Source: Chrysomallon squamiferum (taxonomy: Eukaryota; Animalia; Mollusca). Taken from it: a stretch of 64,000 bases of DNA. The notes beneath the pieces were generated by a model. It saw only the letters and a list, made by a program, of their open reading frames with translations. It ran no database searches and was not told the origin of the DNA. Shown here in pieces: positions 51,508 to 64,000 of the stretch; the stretch's first letter is position 1; each line of letters starts with the position of its first letter. Both the position numbers and the translations under genes were made by a program. The stretch is from contig CM022669.1 in NCBI GenBank assembly GCA_012295275.1, forward strand, positions 1,550,001 to 1,614,000, written 5' to 3'.

Positions 51508-51732
51508 GATGGGGATGGTGATGATAATGAAAACATACATTCCACACAAACACAAAAATCATTCAACACATCTCGGCTTACCCATAACTGAAAATGCACT
51601 GTCCTGTAAGTCTTCATCTTAATACACTTTTTCAGTTTTAATGTCTTGTTCTTTCTTTCTTTCTTTTTTTTTATTTATGATCCATGCAAGTTTATTTAAT
51701 AGCCACTCATTTTCTACTGACGTTAACATTTC

Positions 51733-51796
<64 letters not shown>

Positions 51797-53704
51797 AATA
51801 ATAATAAAGAAAATAGAAAAAGAAAAGAAAAGAAAGTGAAAATTTTTACTATAATAAATAAATAAATAAATAAATTTAATGCTAAAACTGTTTCTTTCAA
51901 AATGTTTAATAAGATTACTGTTTTTTGTTTTTTGCCTTTATTTTTTGTTTGTTTGTTTGTTTGTGTATTCGCTCATTGATTGGTTTGTTTATCTATTTAT
52001 TTGAAAATTTTAGTCTAGAAATCGATGCTTTTTTTTCAGATACAAACTGACTGAAGAGTTTAATTCTTAGATACCTATATCTTTAATAAACATTTCGCAT
52101 TACATATAAATGTGATTAACATTGTTACTTATAGGTACTCTTTTTCTGCTCTTATATAGGATCAGTCCATTACTTAAAACGCGAAAGAAAATCACTGTTA
52201 CTTATCTACTGTGCAAAAATACAGTAGGACGTGTACGTTTCGGTCAGTGTTGGACGAGACATCATGAAACGTTTCCAGCATAATAGCTGTCTGATTTGTG
52301 GATTCTAAATGTGTGCGTCGCACACATCGCGTGTCATTTATTAAAACCAGCCGTACTCTTATTTCACCGAGCATTTATTTTCTCAAAGTTCATCCGGCTG
52401 GGGCAAGAGTTTCCAATTTTAGCTTAGATCTTAAACAAATGGTTAGCAATACTGATCTGACGGTTCATTTTGGCAGACTCCATACAGACATGGTTTCGTG
52501 CAGAACAAGAAAACTGAACGATTTTTCTGTTTTCTTTAAACGGGTTAGTCTTATTTATTACATTTGGTATCTGCCTTCCAAGCAATTTGTACAGCAATAA
52601 AACGGTTAATGTACCAATGTGTTATATATTGAATAACAACCTTTATAAAGAGCTTCTCAAATACAATGAACGAAACACCAATTATCATACTATAGATTAA
52701 AATTATAGACTCCAACAATTATACATAGCAATTATACCAATAAAATTTCCACTATTTCAAAAAACCTGAATTATGTAGTTGGAGTGAATATAAAACTGTA
52801 ATAGCTATGAATCAAAAAATGAAAGCGTCTAATTTACTTACACAATATTCTAAAACTAAAACACCCAAAGACTGACATCAGAGGTATGTGAAGTATTAGT
52901 TATCCAGGCACACTGGGATTCGATCTCGATGTTTAACAAGCGGAATAGCTTAATTATAGAACGATATCTCTACCGAAGGTATAATTGTTATTGCTAAAAT
53001 AATAATATAAAAAATGGGTGTCACCAGTTAAATTAATCTGAATATTCAGAGAGTCGTAAGCGCGGTTACAAGATTGACCTGAGCCTCGAACATTTCCAAG
53101 ATCGATTCTACTTTGTGGCGAAAGGATTGTTACCCCTTCCGTCTACCAGCGCAGAACACTAATGTAATTTTCTGTGTCTTATCGGAAAGTAAATGTAAAA
53201 GACCCCTTACGATTTCCTCTGAAGAATTGCCGAATGTTTGAATCCTGTAGCTGATGTCATATAAGTTTTAAACAAAATAAAGACTAAAAAAAAATAAAGA
53301 CTAACAAAACAATGTGTATATGACAACACCTCTACAAGTAACGCATCTAGCTATTTCTTAATGTATTACTGGGCGTGATGAAATGAAGTGAAATATCTTC
53401 CATGGGTGGTCATGTTCGTTTTGTAATGAGAAAATGTCGACTGAAATGTTTAAGTCAGGACTATTTAAAGAAACCCGAGATTCGTTATCAGCTTCATTGA
53501 ATAACTACTCTAGTAAACATATCCATGACATTTTTACTAGCACGATAGTTTCGCTGTATTTTATCCTGACACTGATAATATCAAGTGTAAAGGAAGGAAG
53601 GGACACTGAGACAAAACAGAATGAATGAGTGAAAGAATGAAAATATAAAATGGAGGGAAAGAGAAAAATTAAAACTCATATTTCCATACAAACATTTGAC
53701 AGCA

Positions 53705-53858
<154 letters not shown>

Positions 53859-53930
53859 GTATCAGATTTAGAGTAAATTTATTATAATTCAACAAAATGG
53901 CAATTTATATAAACTAATAACAACAACAAC

Positions 53931-53962
<32 letters not shown>

Positions 53963-55297
53963 GGATAACAACAAAAACAACACGAATGAAAAAAGAAGAA
54001 TGATAATTTAAAAATCAAATTCATTATCTCTATTTTTAGGTTTAGTTTATTAAACCTGTTTTTGTTTTATCCTGTTCTGTTTCTTTTCAAAATGTGGGGA
54101 GTAATTTAACTCAAATATCTTCAGCTCGTAAAAATAACTGACTCATTATCTAGAAACTTGTGTTCGTGCTTAAATTTCTCTTTCTATATCAGACATTTCT
54201 ATATCGGACATCACTTTAACGTTCAGTGCTGTTATGTAAATAAATATTTTTTTTTGTTGTTTTTTCCTTCTCTTTTTTTCTTTTTTTTCATTGGTTCTTT
54301 CTTCAGTTTATCTAAGAACTACAAAAAAAAAATAAAAAAATGTAAAAAAATGTACCTATAGTTAGACTAGTATTAGATTTTAAGTAACGACGCATTTTCA
54401 AGAAATGTTTAAACTGTGGTGAAAATGTTAAGGACTTTACAGATTATTCTAGAGAAGAAATTCGTTTCGTATTCTATTTTCCAAGTAGCAGACGGATTCT
54501 TTTATATTCATTTTCCCCATAAACAAGAACATAGAGCAAGAACAGGATGGCACAGTGATGATGATGATGATGATATATTGTAGTATCCTTAAGTGACACT
54601 GTTATTTTGATGAAGATGTTGTTGGTGTTGTTGTTATTTTTGTTGTTGATGTAGTGTTATTTAAAGAAAATATAATTTAAATTCGTCTTAAACTATTTCA
54701 CCCCGATCATTTATATTTCCTCACACTTGACAAATCTAAAAAAAAAAAAAAAAAAAATGAAAGAAAAAATAAAAAATGAAAAGAAAATTCAAAAACAAAA
54801 ACAAAAGAAAAGAAAGAAGAAGAAGAGATGGAAGAAAATATCAGCTTATTGAATTTGATACATGTCAAAAAGTCGGGACGAAACATGATTACTGCGAATG
54901 TTTTTAAAGTAAATGTTTTAAATCAGTGTCACCAGTCTAACTACAGCCTAAGTTATTCTGAATGGAAAGACAAATTAAGTCAATAACAAACTGAAAAGCA
55001 ATTGATAAGTTCAGACTGTTTTCATTAACCTCGCAGAACTTTGAAAATCTGAATTAAAAACAAGACATAATTAAGTCACAGATCTGAAGATTGTTATGTT
55101 ACTTGGGTAGAATTACAGTTCGTTACAGTTCTAAAATTATTTCTTTTTCAGAAATAATATATTATAATAACTGTGTACCGTATATTGTAATTGTTAAATC
55201 GATTAAAATTGGCTTATAATGAATACACGTATACGATCGCTATTCAAATAAAATAAATATTACGATAAGTTATCAAAGTTTAGATCAAATATTATAG

Positions 55298-55615
55298 CAG
55301 TGTTATAAAAATTTACCAAAGCGTGGGACAAATATAATAGTTAGTGTTATACAAGATATCAAAATATAGAACAAATATTACAGGTAGTGTTATTCAAGAT
55401 ATCGAAATACAGAACAAATATTATCGTTAGTGTTATACAAAATATCAGAATATAGAACAAATATTATCGTTGGTGTTATACAAAATATCAAAATATAGAA
55501 CAAATATTTCAGTTAGTGTTATTAAAGATATCGAAATATAGAACAAATATTATCGTTAGTGTTATACAAGATACCAAAGTATTAAACAATATTATCGATA
55601 GTATTATACAAGATC
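55298..55615 (+). repeat. 43-bp minisatellite (~7 copies)
   Basis: AGTGTTAT at 55343, 55386 etc.; unit ~TAGTGTTATACAAGATATCAAAATATAGAACAAATATTATCGT. Confidence 0.92.
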
Positions 55616-57746
55616 CAATGCGTGACATAAGATATCTATGCATAGAATAAATAATTTATTATCATTAGGGTTTTAAAAACTACGAATTTAACTTTAGAGT
55701 TGTATTACACACATATGTTGTACAGATTTAATCATGAACAACAAATTTTATACATCGAAGATAGCCATTATTCGTGTTTTCTCGAGTTGTTATTAGGACT
55801 ATTTATCCCTTCGTATTGTTTTTCTATTCTGTCGTTTTCGCCGGTAACAAGATCACCTGTCAGTTCGGTCTGTAGTTTACTGAGTTTGTATTACTTCGCG
55901 CTTCGCATTCAAAGTATTGATGTTGGCATACAACCAAAGACAACACCCGTCGTATTTGGGTGATGACAAATTGGCACTTATAATTCATCAGTCGTCTAAA
56001 TTAGAATTTCATTCTTACCAAACTTTGAAAACAAATGTCTCTGTGGGATTTAACAACAACAACAAAAGCAACATTTGTTGTTTTGGTGTGTTTTTTTGAC
56101 TATTTAAATACAAAGCCAATACACTTTTTTTATTACAGAATTTTTATTATTTATTAATTTATATATTTATTTATTTATTTTTTATTATTGAAAACATTGC
56201 TTTACAAAGAGGGGAAAAATAAAAATAATAATAATAATAATAATAACTGGTTTACGAAAGAAGGAAGTTAGTGAAATGAAATATTTAATAAACCCTTTTA
56301 ATTTTTGTTGTCCAGATAGACAGGCAGCTGGTTCTAGCTTTGAGCAAAATCAACTAGTCCATAACACTTTATATCCAGTAAACAATAACAACAATAATTT
56401 TGATATTTGGACTTTAACGATTTTATTCTTAAAAGGATAATATTTTATATCCTAAGCTTTATGTTTACATACACCGACTTCAAGTTGTACCTGCTCTTAC
56501 GATCACAGAGTTCTAACGAACATTAAACTGAACAAACTGGATGTCTTTCAGGCTAGAACAATTGGACTTCTGCTTTTATACGATTAATAGGCAAGATTTT
56601 TCATCGTTTTAAATTTCAAACCGTTTGGCTAGCCTGAATAAAGGACAAACGTATAAAAAAGTAGTGCACTATTTTGATTATTTTGTATTTTATGTTTTGT
56701 TTTAGTGATTATTGTGATTGTTATATTATTATTATTTTTAAAGAGACACATATATCTATGCCAACCCACAAACAGGTACATACTTTTCGACTTACCTACC
56801 TACACAGTGACATTCATTTATACTTTTATGTACTGATACTAATAAAAGAATACATATACTTTTCGCTGTGGTTTAAATGATAAAATTGAGAGAGTTGTTA
56901 CTTACATTTCTATTTGGTTCACATCAAATGATGACGACGCAGGGGTCCTTGTCAACAACAGCTTGTTTTGGTCATTAACCTTATTTCACGTACAGTAATG
57001 TTTAAGTGTTATTTGTAGGACGGGTCACTAGAGATGTCTGTCAGGTTACGGGATCAAATCCTATTACGTCTTTCAAGAAACACAGATGCAAATTTAGATC
57101 ACATCAATAGTTCTGTTATTGCTTAGACATTTATTAAAATGGTCGCCAGAAATCTTTCAGCTTTGATCTACTAATCTATTGTTGGAAACAATGATGTGTT
57201 TTGGTGGGGTTTTTTTAACCACTGCTAGATTCGAACTCAAAAAGAGGATATTAGATATCCCATCTATGATTTAAGTAAATACAAAATGATACAAAATGAA
57301 TCAGATGTTAATCCTGTTTAACTGGTGTCAAATGTGAGATAAATAGTCTAGAACTGTATGTCATCTTCGATAATTGGATTCAAATGCTTTATTCTCCACC
57401 TCGTACTGAGCAATGGACTGAATAAAGTTTATATGATTGTGTTGAGCGTGAAATCAGAAACATATCTAGTTAGCCCATTTGTGGAATGAAGCAGAATTCC
57501 CCAACACGTTACAAGTATGTCAGCTACAGCAGATTACTCATAGCTGTCAGAAGTGACATGTCATCCGGATGGTGCTGAGAATGAATCGCATTTTTCGGGG
57601 TAGTTCGTACTGTATTAATATATATATATATATCTCCTTGTCTTTCTCTATCTATCTCTCTAATGTTCTCCCTTTTTCTCTATGTATTTCTATGTTGGTC
57701 TGTTCATCTCTATCTCTGCGAGTCGCTTTGTCTTTTTCTCTTACAC

Positions 57747-58040
57747 AAGTGATTTTCAACCACTGTTCCGCGGTACGCGACTATGCCTTGAGAGACTGTC
57801 ACGTCTGCCGTGGGAAATTATCCAACTTCACTTAATTAGTCCAAAAGAAATATGATTTAGTTACTGCAAATAATCTGTCACGGCTGTGCGCCTGTGCCTG
57901 CAATGTAGTGACTGAATTAAATACTTGCATGACAAAACTGTCATGGAAAGTATGTCATTTTCTAACACTTCTGGGTGGTGAGGTGACTTGTTTAATGTAA
58001 AAAAAAAGTGATTTGGCTCAAAAAAGGTTGAAAAATAGTC
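57747..58040. mobile_element. Degraded hAT-type MITE
   Basis: Ends AAGTGATTTTCAACCACTG ... AAAAAGGTTGAAAAATAGTC resemble CAGTG-type hAT TIRs; TSD not recognisable. Confidence 0.65.
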
Positions 58041-60541
58041 GAATACCATTATAATTAATTAATTAGTCGCTGGGAGTATTATCAAGACAGAGGTCAAAAT
58101 ATATAGTCATCACCGGGCCGTTTTGACTTGTTTGTTTGTATTATAACTAAAACATTAATGTATGGTGTCCTAAAAGGAGAATTTATTCTGTGCTCTATAA
58201 AATGTATTTTTGGCTAATTAGGTATGTTTAATTAAATATAATTTGATACATTTTCTGAAAAATAAAGTCTTTGGATATTACCGATTACCCCTTTCCAAAG
58301 CATATATACATACAGTTTACAATACTGTTGTGCATAGTTCAAAGCGAGAAAACGTATCAACCGTTTTCAGTGCCACATTTTTAAAAACTTTGCTATCTGT
58401 ATTAGTACTGTTCTCGAGATAAGAGAGAAAGAGGTAAATACCCTAAAATATTTGTTTTGCTTTATGTTAGATGGAACTGTTAACATCAGAATTCTTACTG
58501 GAGGCTAACCTTTTTGATTTGTTATAAACAAACTATTTCTTGCAATAGTTTCACGTATATAACATGATTAAAACGCTTAATAAATGATGAAACCATTACT
58601 GTTTTTCTACATAAGAATGCAATTTTCGAAGTGTATGTTTACTGCAAAGCTTTATCTGAAAAATGTCATATCTTCTTTTCTTAATGGAATTCTTAAATAA
58701 TTAAAAGTGATTTTGATTGGTAATAACTGCAGTTTTCAGTAATGTCAAAAACCGAAAATAAAATCTGTGATGGGTTTTCCTAGACCGCCACACGTTTGTG
58801 CAACTGCTTTTAATATTTCCCTTTCTGTGTATTAACTGAAAATACCGAGGATCGAGGATTCAAGCGGTCCTCGATTTTAAGCCACACCAATAATGTTTCG
58901 AAGAATTAAACATTTTCATTTATTAGATACGTATGTTTAGAAGCACAAACATACAGATAGAAGTGTAGGTAAAGAAGAAAAACAAAAATAAATAAATAAA
59001 TAAATAAATAACTGGAAATACAAATAATTTTGTTTTCGACTTTTCTTGACCAGACTGATACAGGAAACTTTAAAATTACCTTTAGTGGTCTATGATTTGT
59101 TTTCAACTCCTCAGACCATTATATAAATCAATCCCATCTGGAATAAAATAATAAAAGATATGAATAAAAATAAAACAGAAAATATTTAGAATAAAGTTTT
59201 CTTTTTATATAATAAAACAATATATATATATATATACATACACACGCGTGTATTGAAATTTTTTCAAAAAACTGTTTGCTGATAAATGTAATAATTGAAA
59301 TAAAATAAAACAAAGCAAATGTAACAAAGTAGGACACGCTATTACTAAGTAAAAACTTTCTCGTACAGTTTGATCACAGACACACAGTTTTTGTTCTTTC
59401 AAGATTTTTAAATAATGTACTGCTTGTTTGTATAATTACAGAAAAAACGATTGACAAACTATTTTTAATAAGTTTATCAGTTTAATAGGAGATATTTTAA
59501 AAATGTTGAAACAAACTCTGAAGAAATATATGTATTATTTTTATATTAAATTTCAGTCAGAAACGTTAAAATAAGTAAATAAATAAATAACCGTCAAATA
59601 GTAGTAATAGTAGTAGTAGTAATAACAATAATAATAAATATCAGCAAGCATTTCTACTCCTGCTGGTATTAGTATCAGTAATAATTACTACTACTACTAC
59701 TACTATTACTACTACTACTAATACTAATACTACCACTACTACTACTAAGAATGAAAACTATAAGATGTAATAATAATAATAATAATCACCACAGTGATGA
59801 TGCTGATAATGAATATAACATTATTATGTCGATGATGATAATTAACTAAATAAATAAATAAAACTGGAAACGAAACAGAACAAAGAAAAAAAAAAAGAAA
59901 CCCCGAAAAATCACAATTACACAAAACAAAACAAAAACAACAACAACAACAACAACGACAACAAAACTACTCAACTTAAGCTGAGGCGGAATACATACTC
60001 CAAAACACAGTGCGCTATATTGTTTTGTATCATATAAACAAACAGAACAAATGTCAGGTTTTGGAGTGTATGTATTTATAGATAGTTAGATAGGAAATAG
60101 ATATTTATTATATATGTATATGTGCCTTTACGAAAACTTGTGTATATGCATGTAAGCATGTGTGTATGTATATATATGCGTCTTTTTATATACATTATGC
60201 AATTGTTCACGTAAATAGAATTGTTTTAAATTTAAAAAAGACTGGTTTTAAAAAGACAAATAAAATAAAATATAAAAAAGTAAAATTTTAAAAACAGTGC
60301 TAGAGAAGAGAGAAAACAGCCCTGCGATCTGCTTTTAACAAACTACCAACATTAGCGTGTTCTGGATGACATCACTTAACACTTTACATTATTTACTTTT
60401 TTTTTCTTCTATATTAACAGATACAGAATCCGGTTAAACAGCAGGTTCTCACTACAGGAGGTCAGTATACGTTAATTCGTGCCAACAGGCTGCACCTTTA
60501 AATGTAAACACTAGCGGAAAAGCACTGAAAAGAATGCATTG

Positions 60542-60544
<3 letters not shown>

Positions 60545-60632
<88 letters not shown>
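60545..60632. repeat. (CT)n microsatellite
   Basis: Direct read of the sequence. Confidence 0.97.
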
Positions 60633-60636
<4 letters not shown>

Positions 60637-60679
60637 AAATGTCTGCCACAATGGCTGTCTATAGGTAATTTATCAATAT

Positions 60680-60745
60680 ATCTGATTGGTTTGGGGAAAC
60701 TGTTTTCTTTCGGGGCTGTGTTGACTGCAGTGACGTCACTGGATG
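60680..60745 (-). promoter_or_regulatory. CRE palindrome + CCAAT box, candidate promoter (possibly of the GPCR)
   Basis: 14-bp perfect palindrome CAGTGACGTCACTG at 60728-60741 containing TGACGTCA; CTGATTGGT (CCAAT on the minus strand) at 60682-60690. Confidence 0.45.
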
Positions 60746-60857
60746 AGGGAAATCACTTCTCAGAATAATGTTAGTTAGAGACTTGCGTTGGTGATCTTTA
60801 GTAAAAACCTTTGAAGGTTTTGAGCAATTTATTTATATACGATGCCATAAAAAGCGG

Positions 60858-60889
<32 letters not shown>

Positions 60890-61284
60890 ACGGTCACATG
60901 ACTTCAGTTTCTCAGTTGTTGGTGCGATCTAAAAATAGCCTTCTTATTTGTGATTGTTTATCTGCAGTATTTACCTTTCTATTTAATTTTTAGTTTTAAT
61001 TAATGGAGAAAATTAATCTTTTTGTATCTGAAATCTGGATCAAAACATGCTATAAATAATAACAAAGGTCACCGGGTACATCTTTTCTTATTCAGTTGTC
61101 CTCTTGGTTTGACATTTGCGTCATAACATCCACGCCCACACAGAAACAGGTTGTTAAATGTGGTCTAAGAGAAATTCAGCTTCTGCTCCATTAGTATTCA
61201 AATCACACAACTTGTAACTTTTGTAAGTACTATTACTATGTAGTATCCATCCAAGTTTTTGTCCATGTGTTTATATAATAAACT

Positions 61285-61352
61285 CTCATTGTAAAGTGCT
61301 TTGAGCCCCACTTTCAGGAGCAAACGTACTCAGCAAGTCATTTTATTATTAT
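61285..61352 (+). mobile_element. Possible 3' tail of an L2/CR1-group LINE or its SINE
   Basis: TTGTAAAGTGCTTTGAG...TTATTATTAT resembles the L2-clade 3' end (TGTAAAGCGCTTTGAG...(TAT)n). Confidence 0.35.
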
Positions 61353-63299
61353 CAAGATTGTATCTCGATGCTGAAGAAAACTCCAGTTTATCAAATGAAA
61401 CAAGATGAACCACCTAAAAATTAATATTTCAATTTACTAATTTATCCCTTCAAGATGTATTTCATCATCTAGCTCTTTTCACCCTGGTTATTTTGGTATA
61501 AAGAGTATGTTTTTAAATTATGAGTTTTTAATGGGTTTTTTTTTTTTTTTATCTCGCGCGAATGCATGATTTTACAAACTTGGTTTTACATAGCAGTGTT
61601 AAGCAGAGTTGTGAAAAAAATTAGACTGAATAGTTGAAACGCAGAGTAAGACTTTTTATGAAATAAGATTTGTCAGAGACAACCTCGCATCAGAACGGCA
61701 ACTGCGCGCAATATGCCCCAAAAAATTAAATATTAAAAAATTCATAACTTTGAGACTATTTGATGTCAACTTTGACATTTTTTTTTCTGTCACTGATAAA
61801 AATATCTACAATTATAGTTAGGAATCAACCTTGTATTTCCAGAACAGAAAATCAATAGAGTGTATTTACATAAAAACGGAGAGACAAAACACAGACAGAC
61901 AGAAATAGAAAGAGAAGCGAGAGAAGGAGAAAGTTAGAGAAAAAGAAAGAAGAAAAGTCCACATTACTTATTTATTTATTTTAAATTAATTAATTAAAAC
62001 AAATTTCTGTTTTTTTTTCTTCTTTGTTTCATTTTAATTAATTAATTTATTTATTTTATTTTATTTTTTATTTTTTTTATCCCTAATAATAAATTAACAT
62101 GAAAATACTAAGAAGGAAGTATTTCAGATTTGCTGTTTTGGAGAGATATTTTTTCAAACTGAGACGAGGATTTTAATATTGGTAAAAAAATTAACAGTAT
62201 CAAACAGTGATCTTTTGTTTGAGTATTATGACAAGCAGCAACAGAACCTCTGCTCTGATATGAAAAAAAGTTGCAAAGAATATAACGTCTGCCCAATTTT
62301 GATAATTTTTCAGTATTCATACCCACAGAGAAATTAGCAGGAGATAGAAATAGCATTCTTCTTTTCTTTTCACGCAACAATAAATTCATTGTTTCCTCAA
62401 GGTCAAGATAGACGAAAATTTTGTAATATAAAGATTTGAAAAGAAAGTTAATTTGTAAGATGTTTGTAAACAAAATAATTTATTACAGCTGAAATAATGT
62501 TTGTGGTACAACATTACTAAAAGCAGTTTAGAAATTTTTTTCTTCATCGTTCTGGTACTTTTTCCTTCATATTGACACAAACTCATTTACTGTTATATAT
62601 CTTAAATAATTATGATGAAAAAAAGTATTTCTGGAATGTTATTAAATTCGCAATGGTTTCAATAATTACATTGCCAGACCCAAACATTCGCTAATCTGAT
62701 AGAGAAAATTCATGCGGCGATAGAAGGAAAGATGACGAAAAACGAAAGAGAAGGTTTCAGGAAGTAAAAAGTTAAAAAATAATATCCAGGGGAAAAAATA
62801 AGAAACACATTTCCATAAGGAATTTAAGGCAACATCGCAAGTATTTTTCAAAAATATATGACTCAGAATTTTGCTGTAAATTAAATGGTGTACGTTCTTG
62901 CTATTTATCGTTCAACTGGTGTTTTTATACTTTGTATTTACTTAGGTTTTCGTATTTATGTGTTTGCCGTTTCAGAGGCTCACATATTTAGATTCTGCTC
63001 TTAACCGTTTTACAGATTTACATGTTCAGATGTTTAACAAGTTATATAGGTTTACATAGTTACGTCTTCTTTCGAAAGTTTTACTTATATATGCTCTGTA
63101 TCTAGTTATATTTAATATATACCTTTCGCAAGTAAAATAAAAATAATAATAAAAAGGTTTATGAAATACAGATATTTATTCTGACAGCAAGTATTAAGAA
63201 GGAAAGAATTTTTAACTTGTATATGTGTAGTGAAATAAGTACAAATCAAATATGCCGCCAGTAAAAATTATCTTACTTCAGTAGTGTTAATGGTGATCT

Positions 63300-63760
63300 C
63301 AAAAAGATGAAAGCTACGTAATTAGTGTATGAATATCAGCAGTACATTAGTATGGTAACTATATCAGAGTGACTAACATACAGATGTAATAAATTAATCT
63401 AACACTGAAGTTTCAATGTAACAATATAACTAATGTTTCAAATGTAACATCAAAGCAGTTTATCTTTCTGAGTAATAAATATATCATTTTTGTTAATATT
63501 TCAGATGTAATTAATGTATCAAATAAAATATCAGTATAACTTTCGTAAAATGTAAAGATGACTAATAAACAGTAATTTGTTCAATATAATATTTCACTGT
63601 GATTAATTTGTCAGTGCTACAGAATTTCAAACATAACCGAAATATCAATGAAATGTATTTGACGATAACTAATGTATCATTTAGGCAGTGTATCACTGAA
63701 ACAAGTAATGTTTCAGTGTGTAATGTTTAATTAAACATATTATGTGTGACTGATATTTCA
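63300..63760 (+). repeat. Old, degenerate AT-rich minisatellite
   Basis: Recurrent variants of CAGTGTAACTAATGTWTCA; period not resolved by eye. Confidence 0.5.
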
Positions 63761-63884
63761 TAACGATAGTGACAACGAAAACCGGTGGATAAAGTTTCAA
63801 TTTCAACCACAAAATAAACCATGTAAAAAATTTCAAACATATATATTTCGTTGTTGTCATTATCGTTATAAAATATCAGTCATA

Positions 63885-63885
<1 letters not shown>

Positions 63886-63934
<49 letters not shown>
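63886..63934. repeat. (TG)n microsatellite
   Basis: Direct read of the sequence. Confidence 0.97.
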
Positions 63935-63936
<2 letters not shown>

Positions 63937-64000
63937 TTAAATAATTGTATTTTCTTCTTTTCTTATTTCAGATTTCCTCACAAATGTTTGCAAAGCTAGA

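Noticed and set aside
51452-51562. N-terminal His/Tyr-rich extension of the GPCR ORF
   Set aside because: Non-ATG start, lies upstream of a clear acceptor, and is microsatellite-derived.
52860-53170. Possible SINE remnants (also at ~57000-57240)
   Set aside because: Only vague B-box-like words; no boundaries or second copy in the window.

Overview
AT-rich animal (eukaryotic) genomic DNA with spliceosomal introns, many microsatellites and one 200-N gap. A mollusc/lophotrochozoan origin is my inference from the repeat and GPCR types. Left to right: (1) a probable terminal coding exon plus long 3' UTR; (2) a 4.4-kb GTAAGT-rich 40-bp satellite that turns into a ~100-120-bp higher-order repeat; (3) a decayed I-group LINE (RT C-terminus + RNase H); (4) tandemly duplicated acceptor+exon cassettes; (5) an ~11.8-kb 169-bp satellite (about 70 monomers) with a homogeneous core and a diverged edge; (6) a short 170-bp repeat carrying a tRNA-Gln-like 3' half; (7) several MITEs; (8) an 11-coding-exon ankyrin-repeat gene (727 aa by my manual splicing, + strand); (9) a single-coding-exon class A peptide GPCR (413 aa, - strand). 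The most unusual signal is that nearly every core monomer of the 169-bp satellite carries a let-7-like 22-mer, which is a let-7 8mer target site on the opposite strand. This is a hypothesis and could be chance. All alignments and translations were done by eye; no searches were run.
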